Source: Candidatus Dojkabacteria bacterium (GTDB taxonomy: Bacteria > Patescibacteriota > Dojkabacteria > J137). From it: a stretch of DNA of 64,000 bases. Position 1 is the stretch's first letter, and the number at the start of each line of letters is the position of its first letter. Below the pieces are notes generated by a model. That model saw nothing but the letters and a program-made list of their open reading frames with translations, was not told the DNA's origin and ran no database searches. This document shows positions 39,005 through 47,368 of this stretch, in pieces. The position numbers were made by a program, and so were the translations under genes. The stretch covers positions 423,772 to 487,771 of the forward strand of contig JBDTVZ010000001.1 in the NCBI GenBank assembly GCA_040006935.1, in the 5' to 3' direction.

Positions 39005-39529
39005 TTAGTTTAAGCTCAAAACTTCAGCAGTTTTATTTTCGTCTTCTAGAGTTTCGAAATCACTCTCTTTAAATTTAAATTGTTTTGCTTTCTCAACTTG
39101 AGTAACGCCCATCTTTTTGATTCCAGCTTCGTCTAGTTCTGTTCCAAAAAGAATTACTTTTGATGGGTCAATTTTATTTGTGATTTCTTTTAGGTTATCG
39201 GTAAAAGTTATAACTAAAAGGTCTACAAAAGCAAGAGTTTTTACCCATTCATATAAATCTTCATTTACATTGCTTACGTAAAGAACTTTTACTCCATCTA
39301 AATTGAAGAAAGCTGTATTTAAAAGTCCTTTTTTAACTTCTACACCTAATTCTCTACCCACAACTTCTACACCACCTATTTCAAACTCCCCTGGTCTTTC
39401 TATCTTTTCAATTTTGACATCATATTTTACATCTATGACTAAATTCTCAGCATTTTTGGAAACTTCTATAGAAACTCCACTATCTTGAGTATTTAAAATT
39501 AAGTTTCCACTACTTTTAGCTATTTGCAT
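39005..39529 (-). CDS. hypothetical protein at the position usually held by rplI
   Basis: 174 aa; no L9 N-terminal motif recognised. Confidence 0.45.
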   Translation of the reverse strand: MQIAKSSGNLILNTQDSGVSIEVSKNAENLVIDVKYDVKIEKIERPGEFEIGGVEVVGRELGVEVKKGLLNTAFFNLDGVKVLYVSNVNEDLYEWVKTLAFVDLLVITFTDNLKEITNKIDPSKVILFGTELDEAGIKKMGVTQVEKAKQFKFKESDFETLEDENKTAEVLSLN

Positions 39530-39614
39530 AATCTACGTTTAAAATTTAATTAATTAAGCCTTTACTAATTGGCATTTAACAGATATAATTGTAGCACTAT
39601 TTAACGGTATTTAT

Positions 39615-39926
39615 ATGAAAAAAGGAATTCACCCAGTATTTTACAAGGAAGCTAAAATAGTTTGCAATAGTTGCAATACTGTCTATGTGCTTGGATCTAC
39701 TACTCAAGAACTTAAAGTTGAACTTTGCTCTAATTGCCATCCTTTCTATACAGGCAAGGAGATTTTAGTAGACAGAGAAAACCTTGTTGAGAAATTTAAT
39801 AAGAAGAAAGAACTAGCAACTAAATTTGCTAAAGAAGCTCCTAAAAAGAAAGATAGAAAATCTAATAGATCTGCAGCTCCAGGAGCTCCATTGTCTCTAA
39901 AAGATATGCTTTCTTCAATTAAGTAA
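39615..39926 (+). CDS. rpmE: 50S ribosomal protein L31 with basic C-terminal extension
   Basis: MKKGIHPVFY..CNSC..CSNCHPFYTGK matches bL31 Zn-ribbon type; ~30 extra K-rich residues. Confidence 0.85.
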   Translation: MKKGIHPVFYKEAKIVCNSCNTVYVLGSTTQELKVELCSNCHPFYTGKEILVDRENLVEKFNKKKELATKFAKEAPKKKDRKSNRSAAPGAPLSLKDMLSSIK

Positions 39927-39964
39927 AACCCTTAATGAACGCAGTGAATCTTAGGTTTTTCTTA

Positions 39965-40158
39965 TCCTGAGCGACACTGAGCTTGTCGAAGTGAAGTCGA
40001 AGGATCTGGCTCTAATAAACTAGAATTAAAAAGGATCTGTAATTTGTATTACGGATCCTTTATTGTTATCTTTAATAAGAAATTCCCTCTCCTTTTAAGG
40101 AGAGGGTTAGGGTGAGGTCATACCGCCCAAAAAACAAGATATAGATTTTGGGCGGTCC
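39965..40158. repeat. GC-rich composite repeat (gagcgacactgagcttgtcgaagtgaagtcgaagg block; ccctctcctttTaaggagaggg hairpin; ttagggtgaggtcataccgcc; ccgcccaaaa..ttttgggcgg hairpin)
   Basis: 40083..40135 is near-identical to 4808..4855. Confidence 0.6.
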
Positions 40159-40174
40159 ATTTTATTAGGAAACT

Positions 40175-41239
40175 ATGAACGATGAAGCAAAAGAGTTAAA
40201 AGAGAAATTTCATGTTGAAACTCTAGAACAGAATCTAGAGAAGGTTTCTGCGGAGTTGGGAACTATTACTGACTATAATAGCGATGTATATGTAAGTAAA
40301 ATCAAAGAATTTAATGACGCCAGGGAATTATTTGACTCAATTAAAGAGCTCGACAAATTAGAAATTGAACTTAAATCTAATGAAGAAATGATGCAGGATA
40401 GCGAGCTTGGTAATTTTGCTAAAGAAGAGAAAGGTAGAATTATTGAAGATCTTGAGAAAGTTGTAGTTACAATTAAGAGACTTACTCAAAAACCTCTCAT
40501 TAATGATGATAAGAAAGCTATTATTGAAATTAGACCTGGTGTTGGTGGAGTTGAAGCTAGTTTGTTTGCGGAGGATTTATTTAAAATGTATTCACGATAT
40601 TGTTCTACAAAAGGTTATAAAATCGATATTTTCACGATGGATTACAATCAGGAAGGTGGAATTAAAGAAGCTACTTTTTTAATTAACGAACCTGGAAGTT
40701 ATGGAGTTTTTAGATTTGAAAGTGGTGTGCATAGAGTTCAGAGAGTTCCTAAAACAGAGGCTTTAGGAAGAATCCACACCTCTACTGCAAGTGTTGCTGC
40801 AATACCTAAATTTGAGGCTAAAGATATAAAGATTAACCCGAGCGATATTAGAATTGATGTCTATAGATCCAGTGGTCCGGGAGGTCAATCGGTTAATACA
40901 ACAGACTCTGCAGTTAGAATTACTCACTTACCTACAAAAATTATTGTGACTTGCCAAAATGGTAGATCCCAAATTCAAAATAAAGAAACAGCGATGTCTA
41001 TCCTTGCCAGTAAATTACAAGATCTTGAGGACAAGAAAAATGAGGAAGTGGAAAACAAAATAAGAGGTGATGCTATTGGAGATGCTGATAGGTCTTCTAA
41101 AATAAGAACTTATAACTTTCCACAAGGAAGAATTACAGATCATCGAATTGGCAAAAGTTGGTTTAATATTTCTCCAATTATGGATGGTGAAATTGAAGAT
41201 ATTCTTGATAGCACTTCTACTGGGTTAAGAGGGAATTAA
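40175..41239 (+). CDS. prfA: peptide chain release factor 1
   Basis: 354 aa; GGQ motif (SGPGGQSVNTTDSAVRITH), RF-1 domain architecture. Confidence 0.9.
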   Translation: MNDEAKELKEKFHVETLEQNLEKVSAELGTITDYNSDVYVSKIKEFNDARELFDSIKELDKLEIELKSNEEMMQDSELGNFAKEEKGRIIEDLEKVVVTIKRLTQKPLINDDKKAIIEIRPGVGGVEASLFAEDLFKMYSRYCSTKGYKIDIFTMDYNQEGGIKEATFLINEPGSYGVFRFESGVHRVQRVPKTEALGRIHTSTASVAAIPKFEAKDIKINPSDIRIDVYRSSGPGGQSVNTTDSAVRITHLPTKIIVTCQNGRSQIQNKETAMSILASKLQDLEDKKNEEVENKIRGDAIGDADRSSKIRTYNFPQGRITDHRIGKSWFNISPIMDGEIEDILDSTSTGLRGN

Positions 41240-41246
41240 TCGTGAT

Positions 41247-41585
41247 GTCATTGCGATTCGTAGGGGAAAGATTTATCTTTCCCCTTATTCTTTTTGAATA
41301 AATAAAGCCTGAGTTTGGGTGTAAATTCTACATTTTGAAAAGGCCGTGTTACGGCCTTTTGCTTTTATTCCTCCTCCTCTTTTTAAGAGGAGGTCGGGAG
41401 GAGTTAATACCGCACCAAAAACCACAGCCAAGATCTTGTGCGGTCCTTTTTGGTATTCATAACTCCCCTAACCCCTCCCGTGTCTGCCGACAGGCAATCC
41501 CATCCTATGTTTGTGTGATTGCCACGTCGTCGCTTAAGCTCCTCCCCATGCCTGCGTGCGCAGTCAGGCAGGTCGCAATGACATC
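41247..41585. mobile_element. MITE-like GC-rich element (~340 bp) bounded by terminal inverted repeats GTCATTGCGA / TCGCAATGAC
   Basis: gtcattgcga at 41247 and tcgcaatgacatc at 41573; interior made of the same modules found at 54372..54616, 56109..56377, 8063..8372 and 48999..49450; no transposase ORF. Confidence 0.55.
41263..41296 (+). terminator. rho-independent terminator of prfA (inside repeat)
   Basis: ggggaaagatttatctttcccc hairpin followed by ttattcttttt. Confidence 0.6.
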
Positions 41586-42469
41586 TCATGAATATTCTCT
41601 AAAGCATCTAAATACTCTTCTACACTATTCTTTTTAGCTTCGAATAAAAGCGTGTGTATTCCTATTACTAGATGGTAAGCCTTGATTCTTTCATAATAAT
41701 TTTCTAAATTAAGTTTTGAATTACTGCTATTAAATTCTATATATTTTTGAATCAATAAGTCATTTTCCCCCCAGAAAGTTATCCAAGCCAAGTCCCACAA
41801 GAAATCTCCGTACATTGATTCGGACCAATCAATAATCCCAGAAATTTTGACATCTTTTACAATTATATTAGTTTTCCCAAAATCCCCATGTAATAAATGA
41901 AATGAGTTAGGAAGGTATTTTTTAAGATTATTAAATTGATTTAGTAAGTTATTTAAATGATCTAAATTCAAGTAACTAGCACTTTTTGAAACACCATCCC
42001 ATGAATCTTTTTCTACATATCCAGCCAGAGTATCTATCCAGGAATTATCAGGAGCGATCATATCTTTATTCCATTTCCCGAATCTTGACGTTGATATCTC
42101 TGATGTATGAATAGAATTCATTGATTCGATTAATGAAGATATTAATCTTTCTTGAGACGATTCATTTAGTTTTGACATTTGAACTCCCTCTACTCTTCTT
42201 GAAATTGAAAAGGAATAGTCCTCAAAGTGTCCATTTAATAATATTTTTGGCGTTAATATATGCGGGAATTTTCTATGGATAATATCTTCCTTATCAAACC
42301 CTAAAGAAGTTTTATTATTAACCCTTAATATTAAATCCTGGTCATCTGCTTTGAAAGAAAATGCTTGAGAGAATTCCCCGGAAGTTATAATTTCAAGATC
42401 TGAAATCGAATCAAACTTTGAATGTAATAATTCTTGAATTTTTTGTATTTCTATTTGTGTTTTAAACAT
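41564..42469 (-). CDS. APH/choline-kinase-like phosphotransferase family protein
   Basis: 301 aa; Brenner motif HGDFGKTNIIV and DWSESMYGDFLWD metal-binding motif. Confidence 0.6.
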   Translation of the reverse strand: MFKTQIEIQKIQELLHSKFDSISDLEIITSGEFSQAFSFKADDQDLILRVNNKTSLGFDKEDIIHRKFPHILTPKILLNGHFEDYSFSISRRVEGVQMSKLNESSQERLISSLIESMNSIHTSEISTSRFGKWNKDMIAPDNSWIDTLAGYVEKDSWDGVSKSASYLNLDHLNNLLNQFNNLKKYLPNSFHLLHGDFGKTNIIVKDVKISGIIDWSESMYGDFLWDLAWITFWGENDLLIQKYIEFNSSNSKLNLENYYERIKAYHLVIGIHTLLFEAKKNSVEEYLDALENIHEMSLRPA

Positions 42470-42515
42470 AAATTTATATTAGCATCAAAAATATAAACCA
42501 GTGTTAAAATAAATT

Positions 42516-43115
42516 ATGGAAGAAAGACATCTATACCAAACTCGAGGAACAAGAAGATTTTATGAGGCAAGGAGAACTTTTATCAATTCTCTGGGGTATA
42601 GAGATATTCAACAATTACAGGAAGAAACTTTTTCTAAAGGAGAATCTCCAGTAAGACTTTCCCATATTCTCGAGTATTATATTCCCTTATTAATAAAGCA
42701 AGGGATTGTATGTAGAATTGCTGGGAAAGAAAATTATGTGATTCAATCAGCTGAAAATAGTGAATTATGGTTTTGCACTACAGAAGACCTTGGATATAAC
42801 AACTTAGCTGAGGGTTCAAGAGGTGCATACATTAGAAACTACGTTATTCATCCTGATTTTATTAATTTTATAAATAAACATAGAAACCGAGATCATAATA
42901 TTCCTGAAGGAGCTGTCGAGATTAATAAATTCCTTACCGATTATTGTTCTGAGAGAGGAATTAACATCCCTAGGGCTACTATTCAAAGTGCTAGAAACCA
43001 AGGTAATATAAAAGTCTTAGCAAAAGGACCTCGAAATGTTACTTATGGTGATAAAAATGATCTTATTAGGTACGCCGAGAACTATATTCAGAGAATTACT
43101 ACTGAGGAGCCTTAA
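42516..43115 (+). CDS. hypothetical protein
   Basis: 199 aa ORF, divergent from the APH-like gene. Confidence 0.45.
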   Translation: MEERHLYQTRGTRRFYEARRTFINSLGYRDIQQLQEETFSKGESPVRLSHILEYYIPLLIKQGIVCRIAGKENYVIQSAENSELWFCTTEDLGYNNLAEGSRGAYIRNYVIHPDFINFINKHRNRDHNIPEGAVEINKFLTDYCSERGINIPRATIQSARNQGNIKVLAKGPRNVTYGDKNDLIRYAENYIQRITTEEP

Positions 43116-44355
43116 TCACTTCCAATGCTTTCTCCAACTGTTTATCGTGGCCAGCTTTGAATTCATCTAGGTTAAAATCTACTTCAAAATCGGGCTTAAT
43201 TGGCTCTGTAGCCGTTACTTGTCTTCCTGTTGGAGATAACCACTTCTGGAACACCAAAATTAATAAACTGCCATCATTGAAGTTATCTAAAAGTTCCTGC
43301 TCTACTCCTTTTCCCACAGTTGGTTTTCCTACAACTTTTCCTCTTCCATTATCTTGTACTGCTGCTGTAAATATTTCTGACGCAGATGCGCTTCCTTCGT
43401 TTACCAAAACAACTAAAGGTAAGTTCTCAAAAGATCCAGTTCGTTCATCTTTATAAACTACAGTATCCAGGCCTTTTTGAGACTCCATCATCAAAACAGT
43501 TTCTTTCTTAAAGAATTCATCCATTACATATCTAACGGATAGCACATAGCCACCTGGATTATTCCTTAAGTCCATTATGATAGATTTAGGCTTATCCGTG
43601 GAAGTCATGATTTTATTTACATTATCGTCCCAAGCTTTATTAAAGTCCTCAGGAGTTTTATCTATAAATTGTGTAATTATTATTCTATATACACCATCAC
43701 CTTCGTATTTATAAGAAATATTTGAAACTGCAATCTTCTCTCTGGTAATATCAAATTCCTTCGTTTCAGTTGTAGATTTTCTAAAGACTTTTACTTTCAC
43801 ACTAGTTCCAGCTTTCCCTCGTATTTTTGTTGCTACTTCGTCGGGGAGTTTGCCATCTACTTTTTCTCCATTTACCTCTAGTAAAATATCTCCAGTTAAA
43901 AGTCCTGCTTTTTCTGCAGGATATCCTGCGAGGACAGTTTCTGCCTCAGTATTTCCCTCATTAAACGTTAAAACAACACCAATGCCTTCGAATGAAGGAT
44001 CTTTAGCATCATTGTATGCTTTTGCCTCGTCAGGTGAGAGAAAACTAGTGTATTTGTCTCCTAAAGATGAAATTATTCCTTTAGCAATACCATGTGTTAA
44101 GTCTCCGGAAGATGGAACATCGTTAATATATTTATCTTTTATAGTTTTTAAAAGGCTATCTATGTACCCCTGATCATAAGCTCCTGTTACTGAAGTATTC
44201 GATTGATAATTCTGTGTTTGCCTAGAAGAAGTTATTGCTAAAGTTAATAAAGCACCAATTCCTATTCCTAATACTAAAGTAATAGTAATCAAGGTAGGTA
44301 GAATATGCATTCTGGAGTTATTTTTTTTATACTCCTCTATTGTATCGTTAATCAT
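43099..44355 (-). CDS. ctpA: carboxyl-terminal processing protease (S41) with PDZ domain
   Basis: 418 aa; N-terminal TM, PDZ (GYPAEKAGLLTGDILLEVNGEKV), S41 catalytic region NEGSASASEIF. Confidence 0.85.
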   Translation of the reverse strand: MINDTIEEYKKNNSRMHILPTLITITLVLGIGIGALLTLAITSSRQTQNYQSNTSVTGAYDQGYIDSLLKTIKDKYINDVPSSGDLTHGIAKGIISSLGDKYTSFLSPDEAKAYNDAKDPSFEGIGVVLTFNEGNTEAETVLAGYPAEKAGLLTGDILLEVNGEKVDGKLPDEVATKIRGKAGTSVKVKVFRKSTTETKEFDITREKIAVSNISYKYEGDGVYRIIITQFIDKTPEDFNKAWDDNVNKIMTSTDKPKSIIMDLRNNPGGYVLSVRYVMDEFFKKETVLMMESQKGLDTVVYKDERTGSFENLPLVVLVNEGSASASEIFTAAVQDNGRGKVVGKPTVGKGVEQELLDNFNDGSLLILVFQKWLSPTGRQVTATEPIKPDFEVDFNLDEFKAGHDKQLEKALEVIKAPQ

Positions 44356-44464
44356 GGGAATAAATTTAAAGACGCTAAGAATAAAGATACCTCAAATATA
44401 TTAATATTTCAATATGAAGTTTGTGTGAAGAAAATCAGTCTTAAAGTTCACACTGAAGAAGGTT

Positions 44465-44947
44465 CTATTCAAATATAGTAACACCAACTCCACCCTGTGC
44501 TGAATGATCAGATGCATGCCTGTATATATAGATATCAATTTGGCCCCCTGGTCTTCCAACCAGTCTAAATCTATTTTCTGAATGCCAAGCAATTGTTGAT
44601 TCTGCTTCCTCTAATAATTTTAAAATTGCCTCGTCACAAATAATAGTAATTACTTCGTCTTCACTCCTTCCTTGGTTAACTTCAATAGTATGGTCAATTA
44701 CTTCAATTGGTGATCTATTTAAAGGAATCATGCCTGTATAGGATAATTTTAATTGAAATGCACCATCCTTATGGGTTGTTGAAAGTCCATTTCTCCCAAA
44801 AAATCTACCACTTATTGGCTCATGAATAATCCCATGAACATAACCCCTAATACTTTCTGAGGCTATCGTATTTCTTATCATAAACTTAAGAGTTAGTTCC
44901 GCGTTCGTAATTGCCAAACCACTTGGCATACTTTCTATATTATCCAT
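44465..44947 (-). CDS. hypothetical protein
   Basis: 160 aa ORF; no confident motif. Confidence 0.4.
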   Translation of the reverse strand: MDNIESMPSGLAITNAELTLKFMIRNTIASESIRGYVHGIIHEPISGRFFGRNGLSTTHKDGAFQLKLSYTGMIPLNRSPIEVIDHTIEVNQGRSEDEVITIICDEAILKLLEEAESTIAWHSENRFRLVGRPGGQIDIYIYRHASDHSAQGGVGVTIFE

Positions 44948-45095
44948 TAGTAATATTTAATAATAGCCGGAGTTTATCATATTAATTCTTCAAGATTCAA
45001 TATACAAATGTGGGTAGAAATTTTATGAAAAATTAGGAATAAGAAAACCGAAACTTAAAGCTACTAACTTCAAATTTCGGTTTTTTAGAATTTAC

Positions 45096-45335
45096 TTATA
45101 CGTATTGTACGTATGGAATTAATCCAATGTATCTAGCTCTTTTGATTGATACTGCAAGTTTTCTTTGGCACTTTGCAGAAACTCCAGTTTTTTCTGTTGG
45201 AAGGATTCTTCCTCTAGTAGTTATATACTTCTTTAAAGTCTGGACATCTTTATAATCAATCTTACTTGGATCTCCATTAAATGGATCCGTAGGTTTTACT
45301 TGAACTATTATTCTTTTTTTTACTTTCTTCTTCAT
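45096..45335 (-). CDS. rpsR: 30S ribosomal protein S18
   Basis: 79 aa; [32 protein letters not shown] is the bS18 signature. Confidence 0.9.
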   Translation of the reverse strand: MKKKVKKRIIVQVKPTDPFNGDPSKIDYKDVQTLKKYITTRGRILPTEKTGVSAKCQRKLAVSIKRARYIGLIPYVQYV

Positions 45336-45356
45336 AATAATCTTACTGTTTAAATA

Positions 45357-45839
45357 TTAGAATAAATCTTCACTTTTAAATTCATCTACTTCCGCTTCTA
45401 CAGGAACTTCTGGTGTTACTACTTCCTCAGTATGTGTTGCCTCTGAATGAACAGCTTCCTCTCCATTCTTTGCTACATCTACCCCTACTCCTCTCTTTCC
45501 TTTGCTATCTAGCAAATACATATCGTTTAATTTTATTTCAGTTCTATAGAATTTCTTTCCATCTTCTCCATCAAATACTCTATTTCTTAATTCTCCTTCA
45601 GCATAAATCAACATTCCTGTATCTAATACCATTGCACAAATTTCTGCTAATTTATTGAAAGCTATTAAGTTATGATATTCTGCTTTCTCTTTAATTTGAC
45701 CATCTTTATCTTTCCAACTTGTATTTGTAGCAATTCCGAAAGAACAAATTTGAACTCCTCCTGATGTTTCTTTTAATACTGGGCTTCTTGTTAAGTTTCC
45801 AATCAACATTACCTTATTAAGTGATCTAGACTTTGACAT
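45357..45839 (-). CDS. ssb: single-stranded DNA-binding protein
   Basis: 160 aa; OB-fold N-terminus (NKVMLIGNLTRSPVLKET), acidic C-terminal tail ending EDLF. Confidence 0.85.
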   Translation of the reverse strand: MSKSRSLNKVMLIGNLTRSPVLKETSGGVQICSFGIATNTSWKDKDGQIKEKAEYHNLIAFNKLAEICAMVLDTGMLIYAEGELRNRVFDGEDGKKFYRTEIKLNDMYLLDSKGKRGVGVDVAKNGEEAVHSEATHTEEVVTPEVPVEAEVDEFKSEDLF

Positions 45840-45865
45840 ATGTAATCAATAATAAAATAAAAATC

Positions 45866-46153
45866 TTATAGTGAATCTTCTGTTACTCTTAAGAATCTTA
45901 AAATATCTGTATTTAGGCTTAAATATCTATCTAATGCAGCTACATTCTTTGGACTCATATTTAACTTAGAGAAAATATAAAAACCTTCCTTATTACCTTT
46001 AATTGAATAAGATAGTAGTCTTTTTCCTAAGAAATTAAACTTACTCAGTTTTCCCTCTAAATCTTTTACTGTTTTTTCTAGTTTTTGGACAACTTTTTCT
46101 TTAATTTCTTCGTTGCTCAAAGGCTTCACAACTAATGCTAATTCGTACTTCAT
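45866..46153 (-). CDS. rpsF: 30S ribosomal protein S6
   Basis: MKYELALVV..bS6-like sequence; start moved to internal ATG 46153 (ORF-track start 46228 adds 25 non-conserved residues); rpsF-ssb-rpsR order. Confidence 0.8.
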   Translation of the reverse strand: MKYELALVVKPLSNEEIKEKVVQKLEKTVKDLEGKLSKFNFLGKRLLSYSIKGNKEGFYIFSKLNMSPKNVAALDRYLSLNTDILRFLRVTEDSL

Positions 46154-46297
46154 ATATAAATGTAACTTTAATAAAATATTCGAACAAGGTGAATTATACA
46201 CTAAACACTGGGAAATATACAAACCCATTCATAGAAAATTCGAAATACGAAGATCGAAAGAATGACCTTTTCGAATTTCGTTTTTCGAGTTTCGAAT

Positions 46298-46903
46298 TTA
46301 AAACTTCACTCTACTTTTTAAAGACTCTCCTAGCGTTTGAGATGAAATAAATTCAATATCAGAACCACTTGATATTCCTTTTGCTAGTTGACTAAACTCT
46401 ATTGCTGGGTTGATTTTTACGATTTCGGATTTTATATACATACTTGTAGAATCTCCTTCTATTGTTGGGTTAAGAGAGAATATTATTTCCTTTATAGACT
46501 CATCGGACTTAACCCGGGATAGCAAAGAACTTATATTAATGTCGCTTACACTAATCCCATTAATAGGGGAAATGAGCCCTCCTAAAACATGATAGGTTCC
46601 CTCAAAACTGCCCGAAGATTCAAAGTTATATAAATCTAAAGAATCCTCAACAACCATAATTACAGATTTATCTCTTTTTTCATTTGAGCAAATCTCGCAA
46701 ATATCTGAGTCTGTGATGTTTCCGCAAATGCTGCACTGCCTTAAGGAAGAAAGTGATTCCTCAATTGCTACAGAAAGTTTTTTAGCTAAAGGCTTTGCAT
46801 TTACTGTCAAGTAAAGAGCTAAGCGGTTAGACAGTTTAGGACCAACACCTGGTAAACTTGCAAAACTGTCCGATAAATTTAGAATTTGTTTTGGTAAACC
46901 CAC
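46298..46903 (-). CDS. recR: recombination protein RecR
   Basis: 201 aa; HhH (LPGVGPK), C4 zinc finger CSICGNITDSDICEIC, Toprim domain; GTG start. Confidence 0.9.
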   Translation of the reverse strand: MGLPKQILNLSDSFASLPGVGPKLSNRLALYLTVNAKPLAKKLSVAIEESLSSLRQCSICGNITDSDICEICSNEKRDKSVIMVVEDSLDLYNFESSGSFEGTYHVLGGLISPINGISVSDINISSLLSRVKSDESIKEIIFSLNPTIEGDSTSMYIKSEIVKINPAIEFSQLAKGISSGSDIEFISSQTLGESLKSRVKF

Positions 46904-46952
46904 GTGATATAGTTTTAATGTTTAAACGTTCTAACCCTTTGAACCAAATTTA

Positions 46953-47273
46953 TTAATTCCCCGATAACATTTCCTTAATCTTATCCATACTAGTATTAGC
47001 AGAGAGTTCTTTTTCTAGAGACTTTCTCGCATCTTCATTTGCATTTACAACATTCTTTTCTATTAGCCTTGCGATCTTTTCTATTAACTTATTATCCTCT
47101 ATTCCCAATTCTTCTTTTAATTCTGATCTAATTACTTTTGCTTCTTTTGTAGCGTAAAGTCCATTGAAAATTACACCTAAAGAACCACCCTTACCTACAG
47201 CCTTAACTGCAGACATAGAGTTTCGTGCTTGCATTGCTTTTTGTACCATTTTTGCTTGATCTATCATTCCCAT
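46953..47273 (-). CDS. ybaB: YbaB/EbfC nucleoid-associated protein
   Basis: Sits between dnaX and recR (conserved synteny); MIDQAKMVQKAMQ start; start moved to ATG 47273 (ORF-track 47342). Confidence 0.65.
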   Translation of the reverse strand: MGMIDQAKMVQKAMQARNSMSAVKAVGKGGSLGVIFNGLYATKEAKVIRSELKEELGIEDNKLIEKIARLIEKNVVNANEDARKSLEKELSANTSMDKIKEMLSGN

Positions 47274-47368
47274 TTTTATTAAATTAATAATTAAGATTAT
47301 AAACCTGACTGCCATGCCTTCGGCAGATAAACCGGTAGGCAAGTTAAGAGAACTTAGTCTCTATTTTA

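Noticed and set aside
41335-41637. ORFs 41335..41637(+), 41404..41589(-), 49253..49453(-), 56048..56266(-) and 56069..56251(+) with Arg/Cys/Pro-rich translations
   Set aside because: All fall inside the GC-rich MITE-like repeats. The open frames arise from GC-rich sequence lacking AT-rich stop codons. None has an SD, and they overlap each other on both strands.
44401-44592. 63-aa ORF overlapping the 3' end of 44465..44947; also 46135..46350(+), 45413..45658(+) and 16151..16336(+)
   Set aside because: These are short out-of-frame or antisense ORFs overlapping better-supported genes, with no ribosome-binding sites.
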